A DNA stretch of 63,700 bases, the filler included, from an uncultured Methanosarcinales archaeon (lineage in GTDB: Archaea > Nanobdellota > Nanobdellia > Woesearchaeales > UBA12501): the NCBI GenBank assembly GCA_964397315.1. It is 4 parts of 4 records of this genome, joined end to end, with 100 filler letters (N's around TTAATTAATTAA, not from the genome) between each part and the next. Parts side by side here need not be neighbours in the genome. Positions count along the whole stretch, not along the records: positions 1 to 19,335 come from CAYNHV010000024.1; positions 19,436 to 38,613 come from CAYNHV010000025.1; 2 more parts are not named here. One strand, 5' to 3'. The position numbers and the translations under genes were made by a program. Shown here one piece after another: positions 8,512 through 19,652 of this stretch. A model generated the notes under the pieces. The model ran no database searches, was not told where the DNA came from, and saw only the letters and a program-made list of their open reading frames with translations. Every line of letters begins with the position of its first letter. Within the stretch, counting starts at the first letter, position 1.

Positions 8512-10734
8512 TTACTTTCTTTTTGGGCTTCCCATCTTGACTTTTTCTGTGATGTAACCAGCAGGGTTGTCAATAGGGTCTCCTGGATGGAAATCCCCTG
8601 GTACAGGCATGCTTTCTCTGCTCACATACAAACATCCTCCGGGGAGGGTGTTAAGAGGCATTGTCTCCTTTTTTCCTGAATCTGTGATGTAAACAAGTCT
8701 TGCTCCTTCCAGCTCTCCATTCTGTTCAAAAGACAGTTCAATCGCTCCCGGACCGCCCACATACCTTGTTGAGGGAGGCACGCTCATCTTTCTGTCTTCA
8801 GGAGCATAAGACTCATTCTGTGTTATTGCGTCTCTTTTGATCTCAAGGCCTTCTTCAAAAAGTATTCTTGCCCACCCCCTCTTGTACTTTATGCCGTTCT
8901 CTGCTACAGGCGCTACAATCAGCGCCCAGTATGCTGCGTTATCTGTGGGGTCAGCTATTACTGATTTTTGCTGGACAGGAACTGCGACTGTCTTTGCCTC
9001 CTTTATCAGGGAGGCGTTGAGGCGCGCGTTACCATTCTCATATTCTTTTACAAACTCTTCAAGGCCCATCATGTGCTTTCTGCTTGCGTGAACGCTCATG
9101 AACCCCCAATGGTCTAGATAATTGCTCATTGGCTCAGGAAGGCCCAGCCTTATCTGTCTCTCAGGTTTTACCTCATCTTCTTTTGGTCCACTTTCCTTAA
9201 CCTTTTTCTCTAGTTCCACTGCAAGATTCCTCTCTATTAGAAAGAATTTAGTGTTGTCTGTCAAGTCTATATTTATTTGATAGTCTCTTTTTCCTGTCTC
9301 TCTGGAATTAAGCTTGCCGTCAAGAGATTCGTACCTGCCCAGCCTCACCCCTATAGTGGAGGTTCCTGTCAAAAGGGCTGAGGAATCATTGTTTATTCCC
9401 TTGTAGATGTGGTATACTGCTGTTTTATCCTCGCACTCTCCTACCTTAGTGATTATCAATGGATTAAGGTCCAGGTGATCCAGCCCCCACTCCTCAAATT
9501 TTTCAGGAGTAACCCTTACATATTTCTGTTTTATGCTCTTTTCATCCATCTCATCTTTTCTTATGCCTGTTTGCAATAGCGCGTGCTTTTTTACAGACCC
9601 TTCATCTATCTTATTCATGAGTTCTTCGTATCTCTGATACCCCCTGTCAAGAATGCTCTCTTCTATATCAATTTCCTCAAATCTAAGCTCTTCATCAATG
9701 AAGCTTACCATGTCTTTCACAATACCGTTGGTTTTCTCTTTTCCAATGAAGCCTCCCCTGTAGAAGTGCTCCATGCTGTATAATGACGCTATGCAGCCAG
9801 CTGCAGCATCTTTTATCTTCTCAATGCCTATTTCAGGATTTCCATGAGAATTCTCCATTAACTCGCTGAAGTTTTCCTTCAGGATTCTGGCCACATATTT
9901 TCTGTTCTCTTCAGGGCTGAGTTCTGTCATGGACTCCCTGTAATCCTCAATCATCTGGAAATTTCTCGGTGATATATCAAAATCAACTGTAAGCGGCTTA
10001 AGTATCGTCGCCTTATACTTCTCAAGCATTTTTTCTTTGGCTTCATAATCTTCCTCTCTCTTGTATTCCTGTTTTACGCTTTCGTATAACCCTTCATCCA
10101 TGTGACTCTTGAACATATCTGCAAAAGTGAACTTTGCCTTTTCTATAAGCCTGCTTGATTCTGAGTCTTTCACCACCAGGTTTATTCTGTCAAACTGCTC
10201 AAGCGCCTGTTTTACAACTTGGTTTTTGATTTCCTGAGGATAGTCTGTAGTTTCCTCAATTCCCAGCAGCTTAAGGTAGCTTGAGTCCATGCTTTCCCTT
10301 TCTGGAAGAGGGCCGGTCACCTGAATTGTGTAATGATAAGCCACGTTCAGGAGCTGTTTTGTTAGAGTGGGTGAGTCAATTTTTCCCTCGTCAAGAACAC
10401 TCCCTATGAGTGGAAGCTCGTCATCATCATCAAACCAGAAATCGTAAATGGCCGCTTCCCCTTTCTTGCTTGTTCCCTTAAAGCTGTTTGACAAGGATTC
10501 AGAAAGACGCCTCACGTCATTTCTGAATTCAGGTACAGGCAGGTCCGGGTTGAACTCTGCCAGTCCGGGGATTCTCACTTCATCATCTTTTATATACTCC
10601 TCAAGACCTTTTCTTGCAGCAGGTTCCTCTAGGGTGCTGAAGAAGCCTTCTTCAGAGTCCTCTGTAGAAAGATCTTCTGCTCCAGCTCCCTGTAAGAGCT
10701 TTTGTTTAAGACTTTCATCAGCGTTGTTTTCCAT
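8512..10734 (-). CDS. large hypothetical protein (740 aa)
   Basis: Uninterrupted ORF, acidic and helical; no family recognised. Confidence 0.75.
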   Translation of the reverse strand: MENNADESLKQKLLQGAGAEDLSTEDSEEGFFSTLEEPAARKGLEEYIKDDEVRIPGLAEFNPDLPVPEFRNDVRRLSESLSNSFKGTSKKGEAAIYDFWFDDDDELPLIGSVLDEGKIDSPTLTKQLLNVAYHYTIQVTGPLPERESMDSSYLKLLGIEETTDYPQEIKNQVVKQALEQFDRINLVVKDSESSRLIEKAKFTFADMFKSHMDEGLYESVKQEYKREEDYEAKEKMLEKYKATILKPLTVDFDISPRNFQMIEDYRESMTELSPEENRKYVARILKENFSELMENSHGNPEIGIEKIKDAAAGCIASLYSMEHFYRGGFIGKEKTNGIVKDMVSFIDEELRFEEIDIEESILDRGYQRYEELMNKIDEGSVKKHALLQTGIRKDEMDEKSIKQKYVRVTPEKFEEWGLDHLDLNPLIITKVGECEDKTAVYHIYKGINNDSSALLTGTSTIGVRLGRYESLDGKLNSRETGKRDYQINIDLTDNTKFFLIERNLAVELEKKVKESGPKEDEVKPERQIRLGLPEPMSNYLDHWGFMSVHASRKHMMGLEEFVKEYENGNARLNASLIKEAKTVAVPVQQKSVIADPTDNAAYWALIVAPVAENGIKYKRGWARILFEEGLEIKRDAITQNESYAPEDRKMSVPPSTRYVGGPGAIELSFEQNGELEGARLVYITDSGKKETMPLNTLPGGCLYVSRESMPVPGDFHPGDPIDNPAGYITEKVKMGSPKRK

Positions 10735-11070
10735 TTTAATCCCCTTTTGAGCATTAATATAGTATATAAGGCATATTATCCCACTACTATTTAAATCTTT
10801 CGTTTTTTAATCACTTGATAGTGATGAAAATCCATATGACTTGGGTGGGCTGCACTCCAGCTTTTTGCATGATCTAATGCCTGTTAGAAGGCCCGCAGAG
10901 TTATATCTTACTGGCTGAACCAATCCTTTTAAAAGGAAATAAAGCAATGACAGCCCTTATTAAAGTTCACTATTGTTTTTTAAAGGCTGTAATGAGTAAA
11001 AAAGCCCCTAAACAGCTTCCTGAAGCTTAAGAAGAATGGTAAGCCTTTAAAAAGGCCAGCAAAGAATTAA

Positions 11071-13515
11071 TCACTCCCTCACTATGTCTGCCACGCCTGA
11101 GACCCTGTCATCAGGCCCCAGCTTCATGAGCCTCACTCCTTGGGTGTTCCTTCCGATGACAGACACGCCTTTCATGGCCATCCTTATTATTATGCCCTTC
11201 CTGCTTATGAGAATCACCTCATCCTCGTCATCAACGCATTTTATCGAAACCGTCTTGCCGTTCCTGTCATTGCACCTTATGTTCCTGACTCCTACGCCTC
11301 CCCTGTTTGTTCTCCTGTAATCTGAGACAGGAGTTCTCTTGCCGTAGCCCTTCTCAGTGACTGTGAGGATTGTTTTTGGCTCCTCAGCTATGACCATGCC
11401 TATGGCCAGGTCATCATTTCTAAGCGAGACTCCCCTAACCCCTTTTGATGTCCTGCCTATGGGCCTTGCATCGCTCTCGTGGAACTTCACAGCCATGCCG
11501 TCCCTTGTTGCAATCATTATCTGCTGATTCCCGTCTGTGAGTACAGCATTGACCAGCCCGTCCCCCTCCTCAAGTGTTATCGCTATTATGCCTGACTGCC
11601 TTGGCCTTGAATACGCCATGAGGTTTGTCTTCTTAACAAGCCCTTTCCTTGTCGCGAGCACGAGATAATGCTTGTCATCAAACTCATTGACTCTGATGTA
11701 TGATGCGATGTACTCATCCTTGTCAAGATTTACGAGGTTGACTACTGCAGTGCCTTTTGCCTGCCTTGACGCTTCCGGAATCCTGTACACCTTGAGCCAG
11801 TGCACTTTTCCCTTGTTTGTGAAGAAAAGTATGTGGGCATGGGTGGATGCCACAAAGAGGTGCTCTATGAAATCCTCATCCCTTGTGCCTGCCCCTATGA
11901 CTCCCTTGCCCCCCCTCTGCTGGGCCCTGTAAGTGTCCGCGGGAATCCTCTTTATGTATCCTGCATGGCTTATCGTGACAACCACGTTTTCCTCCTTTAT
12001 GAGATCCTCTATGACAAGCTCCTCTTCCTCAATATGCTCTATCCTTGTTCTCCTTTCATCGCCGTACTTCTCCCTGAGCTCTGACAGCTCCTGCTTTATT
12101 ATGTCAAGTATCTTCTGCTCTGATGCCAGAATGGACTTCAGCTCATCAATCAGCTGGACGAGATCCTTGTGCTCCTTCTTTATCTTTTCCCGCTCCAGGG
12201 AGGAAAGCTTCTGGAGCTTCATGTCCAGTATGGCCTTTGCCTGAGCTTCTGTAAGCTCGTAATTCCCCATGAGCATCTTCTGCGCGTCATCAACAGATGA
12301 GGATTCCTTTATTCTCCTCACGACCTCGTCTATGTTGTCCAGCGCAACTATGAGGCCCTCCAGGATGTGGGCCCTCTCCCTAGCTTTCCTGAGGCCAAAT
12401 TCTGTCCTCTTCCTCACGACATCCTTCCTGTGCTTTAAATGCTCCTCAAGAAGCTGCTTCAGGTTGAGCGTCTTCGGCTCGTTGTCAACAAGCGCCAGCA
12501 TTATTGCCCCGAATGTGGTGGTCATTCTTGTGTAAGCATAAAGCTGGTTGAGCACTATGTTTGCCGTGGCATCCCTCTTTATCTCTATAACAACCCTTAT
12601 GCTCTCTCTGGCTGACTCATCCCTTATGTCCCTTATTCCCTTTATCCTCTTGTCCTTGACATAGTTGGCTATCTCCTCTATGAGCAGGGCCTTGTTGACC
12701 TGATATGGTATCTCTGTTATTATTATCCTTTCCCGGTCATTCTCCTTCTGGATCTCTGCCTTTGCCCTCACTGTTATCCTGCCCCTGCCGGTGAGGTAGC
12801 ATTCCTTTATACCGTTCGTGCCGGCTATGATTCCTGAAGTCGGGAAATCAGGGCCCTTTATTGTCTGCATCAGCTCCTCAACTGTTATTTCAGGATTGTC
12901 TATCAACGAGATTATTCCGTCTGCAACCTCCCTCAGGTTGTGGGGAGGTATGTTTGTTGCCATTCCGACAGCAATTCCGGAGCTTCCGTTTATGAGAAGA
13001 TTGGGAACTTTTGCAGGCAGCACCAGAGGCTCCTTGAGACTTCCGTCAAAATTAGGCGCGAAACCTATTGTCTCCTTGTCAATGTCCTGCAGCATCTCCT
13101 CCGAGATTCTCCTCAGCCTGCACTCTGTATATCTCATTGCAGCGGCAGAATCCCCGTCAACACTGCCGAAGTTGCCGTGGCCGTTTATCAGGGGGTACCT
13201 CATTGAGAAATCCTGCGCCATTCTCACAAGCGAGTCATAGACAGCCACATCCCCATGAGGATGGTACTTACCAAGAACCTCTCCCACAATCCTCGCGCAT
13301 TTCTTGAAAGGCTTGTTATGGAACATTCCCATGTCATGCATGGCATAGAGTATTCTCCTGTGTACTGGCTTGAGGCCGTCCCTTGCGTCAGGCAGGGCCC
13401 TGCCCACTATGACTGACATGGCATAATCAAGGTAGGATCGCTTCATCTCCTCCTCAATCAGCTGGTTGTTCACCCTTGCTGCGCTTTTCTCTTCTGGCGT
13501 GTCTTGCCCGCTCAT
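11071..13515 (-). CDS. gyrA: DNA gyrase subunit A
   Basis: [30 protein letters not shown] catalytic Tyr, GyrA-box QQRGGKG. Confidence 0.97.
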   Translation of the reverse strand: MSGQDTPEEKSAARVNNQLIEEEMKRSYLDYAMSVIVGRALPDARDGLKPVHRRILYAMHDMGMFHNKPFKKCARIVGEVLGKYHPHGDVAVYDSLVRMAQDFSMRYPLINGHGNFGSVDGDSAAAMRYTECRLRRISEEMLQDIDKETIGFAPNFDGSLKEPLVLPAKVPNLLINGSSGIAVGMATNIPPHNLREVADGIISLIDNPEITVEELMQTIKGPDFPTSGIIAGTNGIKECYLTGRGRITVRAKAEIQKENDRERIIITEIPYQVNKALLIEEIANYVKDKRIKGIRDIRDESARESIRVVIEIKRDATANIVLNQLYAYTRMTTTFGAIMLALVDNEPKTLNLKQLLEEHLKHRKDVVRKRTEFGLRKARERAHILEGLIVALDNIDEVVRRIKESSSVDDAQKMLMGNYELTEAQAKAILDMKLQKLSSLEREKIKKEHKDLVQLIDELKSILASEQKILDIIKQELSELREKYGDERRTRIEHIEEEELVIEDLIKEENVVVTISHAGYIKRIPADTYRAQQRGGKGVIGAGTRDEDFIEHLFVASTHAHILFFTNKGKVHWLKVYRIPEASRQAKGTAVVNLVNLDKDEYIASYIRVNEFDDKHYLVLATRKGLVKKTNLMAYSRPRQSGIIAITLEEGDGLVNAVLTDGNQQIMIATRDGMAVKFHESDARPIGRTSKGVRGVSLRNDDLAIGMVIAEEPKTILTVTEKGYGKRTPVSDYRRTNRGGVGVRNIRCNDRNGKTVSIKCVDDEDEVILISRKGIIIRMAMKGVSVIGRNTQGVRLMKLGPDDRVSGVADIVRE

Positions 13516-13663
13516 TTTGCAATTGGAAAATAATCATGTTTCTTTATAAATCTTTTGTTTGTAAAAACCCCTTTAGAGGCTCTGAAAAGCCTTAATTCAG
13601 GCGTTTCAGATGCATTCAATAAGTCCTGAAGAATCATTATCATGAGCGCCGCACTGTCCCATG

Positions 13664-13807
13664 TCAGTTTTGTTCGCTCACTATGTTGTCCTTTGCCTTA
13701 AAGCTGTGGCCGCAGTAAACACAAGCCTTTCTCTTGGCTCCGAGGATGCCTGTCCTTCCCTCATATCTCATCTTTTTCTTGCATCTCGGGCACTGCAGAA
13801 GCATCAT
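13664..13807 (-). CDS. small zinc-ribbon protein (47 aa, absent from ORF track)
   Basis: MMLLQCPRCKKKMRYEGRTGILGAKRKACVYCGHSFKAKDNIVSEQN; two CxxC pairs; starts right after the scpB stop. Confidence 0.75.
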   Translation of the reverse strand: MMLLQCPRCKKKMRYEGRTGILGAKRKACVYCGHSFKAKDNIVSEQN

Positions 13808-13809
13808 CC

Positions 13810-14919
13810 TCACTCACCCTCTTTTTCCTCGCCTTTCTCTCCGGGATACTCCTCACTCTCTTCTTTTTCTTTGTCCTTTTCTTTATCCCCCCCATTATCA
13901 AGCCCTGCGAATTCCTCAAGCTCTTTTGATATCCTTCCCTTCCCTTTCTCCTGCTCTTCCCCCTGTTTTTCATCTGTCTCGCGCGGGGCCTCCTCAGCCT
14001 CACCGGGATATTCCTCTGCCTGTCCGCTTTCTGCCCCTTCTTCTTTCTCTTCCATCAGGTCATCAAATGAAGGCCCTTTGTTTTCCTCCCTTTCATCTTC
14101 TGCTTCGGCTTCCTCCACCCCCTCTTCAGCATACTCTTCCACATCCTCTTTCTTCTCTTCAGGCTTCTCGTAGACCTCAAGCTGGCCCAGCTTTTTTGTT
14201 TCCATCATATCCTCTGCTTTCTCTATCTCTTTCTCCTTTTCCCTGCTGCTCTGGTATTCCTCTTCAGTGTAGGTTTCCAGCTTTCCTGATTCGCTGCCGC
14301 CCTCCGCGCCTTTTGGCGTTTGCTGAGCGGATTCATCAATCCTCTTCTGTTCCTCAGTGTCTGCCCCCATCTCCCTGCGCTTTTCAATATCAGCTGACTC
14401 CACCCCTGAGAAGAGCTCCTTTACTGACTCCTTGTCAGGAAGGTCAAAATAATCAAAGAATCTTGTTGACAGCCTGAGTATGTAGCTCCTGCCCTGCTTG
14501 ACTTTTGTTATGAAGCCCATCTCCACGAGCTCTTTTATGTGCTCGTATGCAGTGCTTCCCCTTATCTTCACCACATCAGACTGGTAGACTGGATGCTTCC
14601 ATGCGATTATTGCCAGCGTCTCAAGAAGCGCCTTGTTCAGCTCGGTGTGGGGGGCGACGTCCTTGACAAGGCCGAGGTATCTCTCTTTTACAGTCATCTT
14701 CCAGCCGTCGCCCTCCCCTATGAGGAAGATGGGAGAATCTGACTTGTTGTAATCATCCTTCAGCTCATTAAGGGCTGCCTGTATCTTCTTCCTGTCATCC
14801 TCCCTGCACAGCTTCTCTATCTCCTCAAAGCTTACTTTCCTTCCTGCTGCAAAGAGTATGGCCTCTATTTCCTTTTTTAGCTTTTCACCCTCTTTTTCCT
14901 GGCCTGTTTGGTCTGTCAT
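13810..14919 (-). CDS. scpB: SMC-Scp complex subunit ScpB with long acidic tail
   Basis: IEAILFAA, LETLAIIAWKHP, VVKIRG, FFDYFDL. Confidence 0.9.
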   Translation of the reverse strand: MTDQTGQEKEGEKLKKEIEAILFAAGRKVSFEEIEKLCREDDRKKIQAALNELKDDYNKSDSPIFLIGEGDGWKMTVKERYLGLVKDVAPHTELNKALLETLAIIAWKHPVYQSDVVKIRGSTAYEHIKELVEMGFITKVKQGRSYILRLSTRFFDYFDLPDKESVKELFSGVESADIEKRREMGADTEEQKRIDESAQQTPKGAEGGSESGKLETYTEEEYQSSREKEKEIEKAEDMMETKKLGQLEVYEKPEEKKEDVEEYAEEGVEEAEAEDEREENKGPSFDDLMEEKEEGAESGQAEEYPGEAEEAPRETDEKQGEEQEKGKGRISKELEEFAGLDNGGDKEKDKEKEESEEYPGEKGEEKEGE

Positions 14920-15608
14920 TTCTTTTTCAGCCCTTTCTTTATAGAATATTTATCCTTCTTCTTTTCTATCCATCCCTCTCTTATTAATTTTTCCAAAAAA
15001 GGGCTTAGCTGTTCCGGGGGAATGCCCGTGTTTTTTGAGATATCTTCAGCGCTTTTTTCCTTTTCCTTCAGGCTGAGCAGTATGTTGTTCCTCAGGAGCA
15101 GGCCGGCGTTCCTCTCAAGGTTTTTTGACTTGGCTTTAAGGCCCTTTATGTGAGCGTCAAGCTTGTGCAGCCTGGCCATCATGTCGTTGAAGAATGAGGC
15201 GAAGTCCTGGGCATTATAGTGGAACTTCTCAGGCTCTATTATCTCTATTGACGAGGGCATGTAGTCAAAGCAGAAGAATGCCAGCTCTGATGCGTCCTTC
15301 ACCATCATCTCCAGCTCAACAAAGGTCGTGTACAGCTTGTCCTGTTTTTTCGGCCTTGCATAATCCTCCCTCAGCAATGTTATGTTCGGGTTCTGCTTGA
15401 GCTTGTCCACGTACAGCTTGAGGGTTTTTGAAAGGTAATCCTTTGGGGCCCCCATCATCTCCACTATAGCAGTGCACCTGATCTGCCCCTTCTCAAGCTT
15501 TTCTGATATGAGCGCCCTCTTGTCATTGTCCGGCTTTTTCTTTGGCCTTTGTCCTGCCGCGCCTGCCGGCTTTTTTGCTTTTCCTGTTTTCTTTTTTGCC
15601 ATGTCCAA
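14916..15608 (-). CDS. conserved archaeal hypothetical protein with C-terminal winged HTH
   Basis: EMMGAPK, FDYMPSSIEIIEP motifs; C-terminal SAEDISKNTGI..LEKLIREGWI. Confidence 0.75.
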   Translation of the reverse strand: MDMAKKKTGKAKKPAGAAGQRPKKKPDNDKRALISEKLEKGQIRCTAIVEMMGAPKDYLSKTLKLYVDKLKQNPNITLLREDYARPKKQDKLYTTFVELEMMVKDASELAFFCFDYMPSSIEIIEPEKFHYNAQDFASFFNDMMARLHKLDAHIKGLKAKSKNLERNAGLLLRNNILLSLKEKEKSAEDISKNTGIPPEQLSPFLEKLIREGWIEKKKDKYSIKKGLKKK

Positions 15609-15627
15609 AAGAATAAGAGAGGTCTTT

Positions 15628-17496
15628 TTAAAGCTTTTGGGTGGCTTTCCCCCTCTTTTGGGACCTCTTAAGGCGGAATGCCAGTATCATTATAGCGACT
15701 GCCATTGCTCCTATGATGAAGTATACTGCAAGCCCTTCTGCCCTGCTGGAGGATGACCTGTATATCACTTTTCCTGTAAGGCTGTTTTCCCCTCCAGGAG
15801 TGTTGTTTCCTGTGCTGTTTCTCCTGCTGAGCATTGATTCCACTCCCTTGTCAATGCTGCTGTTAATGGCAGAGGGGGTGGAAATTGGTTCTGGAGCTGA
15901 GATATGCACATCATCTCTCAGGTCTTTTGTTGTCTTCTGGCTGTCCTTTCTTATCTTCACCTTGAACTTGTAATCTCCCGGCTCTGCTCTTGTAACAATG
16001 TTCTTGAGCTCCACTTCTGCTGTCTCTCCCGGATCAAGCCTTATTGTTTTTTTGTTCTCCTCTCTTTCTCCTGAATAGCACTTGCTTCCCCTGTAGACAT
16101 AGCTCCACACTTCAAAGGTGTGGCTTTTGCCGTCGTTGCTTATGCTTACTGCTGTGGAGAACTCACTTCCTATTGTGATGTTCCTCTTAAATTCACTTAT
16201 CTCGTATGACAGCCTTGGTTCCTTCTCCAGAGGCTGGTTGGGGCATAGCGATGAGACAATCCCCTCAACAACCACCTCCCTCTTGTCAGTCATGTTCAGC
16301 CCTTCCACAACAAAGGTGTAGCTTCCGCCATCATATTCCCTGTCGCAGTTGTTCTTTATCTGAACAGGAACTGTAAGGTCATACTCCCTGAACTTCTCAT
16401 AGAGTGTCATCTTTGAGATGCTGCTTATCCTCTCTCCGCTGTCAAGGTCCTCTATCCATGCCTCCACAACACTTGACCTCTCATCCCCCTTGTAGATTAG
16501 AAGCCTGGCCCTCAGCTGCTTTCCGAACTCAATGTAATCATCACTGCCGAGATAAAGCTTCTTTATATTGATTGATGATTCCTGCGGCTTCTTAACACCT
16601 ATCACGGTTATGAGGCTTTCTGACTCCATCTTCAGTGGTTCACTGCTGCAGTTCGCGTAAAGGACGGCCCTGACGAGAAATGACTTGTCCTCTTCATCAA
16701 TCTTCGGAGTCCATGATTTTGTGTTGGTGTTTGTTGTGTTATACTTTGCCTTGACTATGTTGCCCCCCAGGGTTTCCACCCAGTACTCTATTATGAAATC
16801 CTCAGTGCCTTCTGCATCAAGGTATATGCTCACCTTCTCGCTGTTGTTGTAGAGCCCCTTGTCTGTGTGGACTGAAAATTCAATTCCGCAGACTGTAGTG
16901 TTTGTTGTGTTTATCGAGCTGTTTGATGAGGTATTTATAGTGCTGTTTATGCTGCTGTTTGTTGTCTCGTTTTTCAGGACATTCTCTTTTTCTGCCGTGT
17001 TCATCCTTCCAGGTGTGCCTCCCTCCTCAACGCTCTCCAGCCATTCCCCTTCAACAAGCTCCATTGACTTCCCGTTTCCATTAGCTATTGAGCCGTCATA
17101 ACTGGCTGACGCAACCAGTGCATTGCTCGTGTTGTAGAGGAATATCTCATCAGCTGTGTTGTCCAGGTCATTCCCTATGGTTGCGCCAGCAGAATACACT
17201 GATGCGTTTGTTATGGAATAATCAAATCCCTCCTCTGTTATGAGGGCGTATGAGGAGTTCGCGCATCTCAGGCAGGCGAGGGTGTCGTTGGACTCAGAGT
17301 CAGCTATGACCCATCCCGAGAGATTGGCCGGATTTGTGGTGAATATCTCTATGAACTCCCTGTCATAATCATAGCCATCAGGGTTATACATTATCTCGTT
17401 GATCCTTGCCCCTGCAGCAGGCAATGCAAGAGATGTTGCAAGCGATGCTGCAAGGACAAGGAAAAGCAAAAACCTTGGCATCATCTCTTTTTTCAT
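15628..17496 (-). CDS. secreted lamin-tail-domain surface protein with C-terminal TM anchor
   Basis: Signal peptide, RINEIMYNP..REFIEI, GTPGRMN; many NxS/T sites; start trimmed from 17682. Confidence 0.8.
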   Translation of the reverse strand: MKKEMMPRFLLFLVLAASLATSLALPAAGARINEIMYNPDGYDYDREFIEIFTTNPANLSGWVIADSESNDTLACLRCANSSYALITEEGFDYSITNASVYSAGATIGNDLDNTADEIFLYNTSNALVASASYDGSIANGNGKSMELVEGEWLESVEEGGTPGRMNTAEKENVLKNETTNSSINSTINTSSNSSINTTNTTVCGIEFSVHTDKGLYNNSEKVSIYLDAEGTEDFIIEYWVETLGGNIVKAKYNTTNTNTKSWTPKIDEEDKSFLVRAVLYANCSSEPLKMESESLITVIGVKKPQESSINIKKLYLGSDDYIEFGKQLRARLLIYKGDERSSVVEAWIEDLDSGERISSISKMTLYEKFREYDLTVPVQIKNNCDREYDGGSYTFVVEGLNMTDKREVVVEGIVSSLCPNQPLEKEPRLSYEISEFKRNITIGSEFSTAVSISNDGKSHTFEVWSYVYRGSKCYSGEREENKKTIRLDPGETAEVELKNIVTRAEPGDYKFKVKIRKDSQKTTKDLRDDVHISAPEPISTPSAINSSIDKGVESMLSRRNSTGNNTPGGENSLTGKVIYRSSSSRAEGLAVYFIIGAMAVAIMILAFRLKRSQKRGKATQKL

Positions 17497-17672
17497 GAGA
17501 AATTCATGGCTTGTTTTTTTAATAACAGTTTTCCTTCGCAAACCGAAAATGTTCCTGCGCGGGCTGAAAAGATTATGGAGTCCAGGTGAATCAGGCAGAA
17601 GATTTCCGGAATTGCCTATGCAGCTGATTGTTTTGCAAAATATTAATAAACGAAAGTGCCTATAGATTCTGC

Positions 17673-18182
17673 ATGACATCAAAAAATAGCAGGAAGGTTG
17701 TTGTCAACGACATGATGCAGAAGAACTATGCCTATTATCTTACAGAGCCTGCTGGAAGGAATTTTGATCCTGAGTTCAGGCCAGAATTAAGCCCTAAAGA
17801 GATGCTTAAGCTGGGGGTTTTCGGAGGGAAGTACATGACAGACTGCAGGAAGGAATTCCCAAAATCATGGTTCAGCAGGGTAAAGCTCTGCCATGAGAAG
17901 CATGATCCAAAGCTGAATTATTTCAAGGTCAATGCATCCCAGCCATTGTCTGTATGGAGGAGGAAGGGCTGGATTCACAAGGATGATCCTCGCGGATGGT
18001 TCCAGTGGTACTGCAGGTATTACAGGGGAAGAAGGCATGAGGATGATGAAAGGCAGATAAAGAGGTGGAAGGCCATAAGAAGGCATGTTGCACAGGTTAA
18101 GAAGAACTGCAGGAAAAAGGACACGAAGTGCAGGCCAAGGCAGATGCTGCTGCACTGGGCATATGACAGCAGAAGGATATGA
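17673..18182 (+). CDS. conserved hypothetical protein (DPRGWFQWYCRY family)
   Basis: LSPKEMLKLGVFGGKY, DPRGWFQWYCRYY, RQIKRW, LLHWAYD. Confidence 0.8.
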   Translation: MTSKNSRKVVVNDMMQKNYAYYLTEPAGRNFDPEFRPELSPKEMLKLGVFGGKYMTDCRKEFPKSWFSRVKLCHEKHDPKLNYFKVNASQPLSVWRRKGWIHKDDPRGWFQWYCRYYRGRRHEDDERQIKRWKAIRRHVAQVKKNCRKKDTKCRPRQMLLHWAYDSRRI

Positions 18183-18196
18183 TTCTCTTTGCATGA

Positions 18197-19234
18197 TTAT
18201 GCTTCAAGTCTGCTGTTGCTCATCCCCCAAACACCTGGTATCTCCTGCCTGCAGTAGCTGCATCTTCCCCTTCTTATGTTGTCGCTTATGATTCCAAAAC
18301 CGCTTCTTGCCACCAGCAGCTTTCTGCAGTTTGGGCAGTACGTGTTTGAGCCTTTCTCTGTTGAGATGTTGCCTATGTAGACGAACTTCAGGCCAGCCTC
18401 AACAGCGGTCTCTTTTGCCTTCTCAAGTGTCTCAATCGGCGTGGGAGGGATGTCCTTTGCCTTGTACATTGGGAAGAATCTTGAGAAGTGCAGCGGTGTC
18501 TCTTCTCCAAGCTCTGAAGATATCCACTTGCACATCTCCCCTATCTTTTCCATGCTGTCATTCTTTCCGGGAATTATAAGGTTTGTTATCTCAATCCATG
18601 TTCCTGCCTCTTTCATCAGCTTCATGGCCTTGAGTATCGGCTGCAGCCTTGCGCCGCACTCGTTAAGGTAGAAGTCATTGTCAAATCCCTTGAGGTCTAT
18701 GTTGGCAGCGTCAATGAATGGATAAAGCTCCCTCAGGGGCTTTTCCTCAATATAGCCGTTTGTCACCATCACATTCCTTATGCCCTCCTCTTTTGCCATT
18801 GTGGCTATCTCAAGGGCATACTCATAGAATATGGTCGGCTCTGTGTAGGTGTAGGATATGCTTGGTGTTTCTGCCTCTTTTGCCTTTTGTATGACCTCCT
18901 CAGGCATTACCTCAGGAAGAGGGAAGTCCTTTGGGGATGCCTGGCTTATCTCCCAGTTCTGGCAGTGCAGGCATCTCATGTTGCAGCCTGGCGTGCCTAC
19001 TGAGAGTGATTCGGTTCCAGGAAGGAAATGGAACAACGGCTTCTTCTCTATTGGGTCTTTGTTTATTGAAACAGGCCTTGCGTAGGAGAGCGAGTAGAGG
19101 CTGCCCTTTATGTTCTGCCTTGCCCTGCATTTACCGAGCTTTCCCTCCTGTATCATGCAGTTGTGGGGGCAGAGTCTGCACTGGACTGTTGACCTCTTCT
19201 CATCCTTGACTTCCCAGTGCCTTGCCAGTTTCAT
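18197..19234 (-). CDS. amrS: AmmeMemoRadiSam system radical SAM enzyme
   Basis: CRLCPHNC, DPIEKKPLFHF, CNMRCLHCQNWEISQ, YTYTEP, C-terminal Zn ribbon. Confidence 0.92.
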   Translation of the reverse strand: MKLARHWEVKDEKRSTVQCRLCPHNCMIQEGKLGKCRARQNIKGSLYSLSYARPVSINKDPIEKKPLFHFLPGTESLSVGTPGCNMRCLHCQNWEISQASPKDFPLPEVMPEEVIQKAKEAETPSISYTYTEPTIFYEYALEIATMAKEEGIRNVMVTNGYIEEKPLRELYPFIDAANIDLKGFDNDFYLNECGARLQPILKAMKLMKEAGTWIEITNLIIPGKNDSMEKIGEMCKWISSELGEETPLHFSRFFPMYKAKDIPPTPIETLEKAKETAVEAGLKFVYIGNISTEKGSNTYCPNCRKLLVARSGFGIISDNIRRGRCSYCRQEIPGVWGMSNSRLEA

Positions 19235-19335
19235 ATAACAGAATTTATGAGAGCATGTTTTATAAATTTAGTGATGCTGGGGCTTTACAGAAACCCTCTG
19301 ACATAAGCTTTTTTAATAAGCTATATATCCTCTTC

Positions 19336-19435
19336 NNNNNNNNNNNNNNNNNNNNNNNNNNNNNNNNNNNNNNNNNNNNTTAATTAATTAANNNNNNNNN
19401 NNNNNNNNNNNNNNNNNNNNNNNNNNNNNNNNNNN
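19336..19435. other. artificial contig linker (N + TTAATTAATTAA + N)
   Basis: 100-bp N spacer with stops in all six frames. Confidence 0.98.
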
Positions 19436-19492
19436 CATGCCATCCGGTGTTCCACCGGTGGTAGCCGCTCAACTATATTTTTGTTTGACTCA

Positions 19493-19590
19493 AAGAACCT
19501 GCTGTCTGGTTCTGGAGTGAGGGTGGGAAGTACCACGAAAGATAACCAAAAACATATTTTTCCAAAGGGCGGGAAGCACCATGAATTACC
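19493..19590 (+). repeat. partial copy D of the dispersed leader + G-rich mini-array element
   Basis: AACCTGCTG..GGTTCTG leader end, then AGGGTGGGAAGTACCACGAA and AGGGCGGGAAGCACCATGAA 46 nt apart. Confidence 0.75.
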
Positions 19591-19652
19591 AATAACATGT
19601 TCTCATAATAGTAGAAGAATCAGAATTTAATAACTTAAACATTATTTAGTCT

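Noticed and set aside
11071..13515. gyrA without adjacent gyrB as a novelty
   Set aside because: Gyrase is known in several archaeal groups and unlinked subunits are common
13661..14477. Long plus-strand Ser/Pro/Leu-rich ORFs and many similar antisense ORFs in the track
   Set aside because: Shadow frames of well-supported genes on the opposite strand
19280..19335. GCTTTACAGAAACCCTC near the contig end as an IS terminus
   Set aside because: Resembles IS ends only loosely; no partner repeat or transposase is visible
19336..19435. TTAATTAATTAA palindrome inside N runs (also 38614-38713 and 56985-57084)
   Set aside because: Artificial contig-joining linker, not biological
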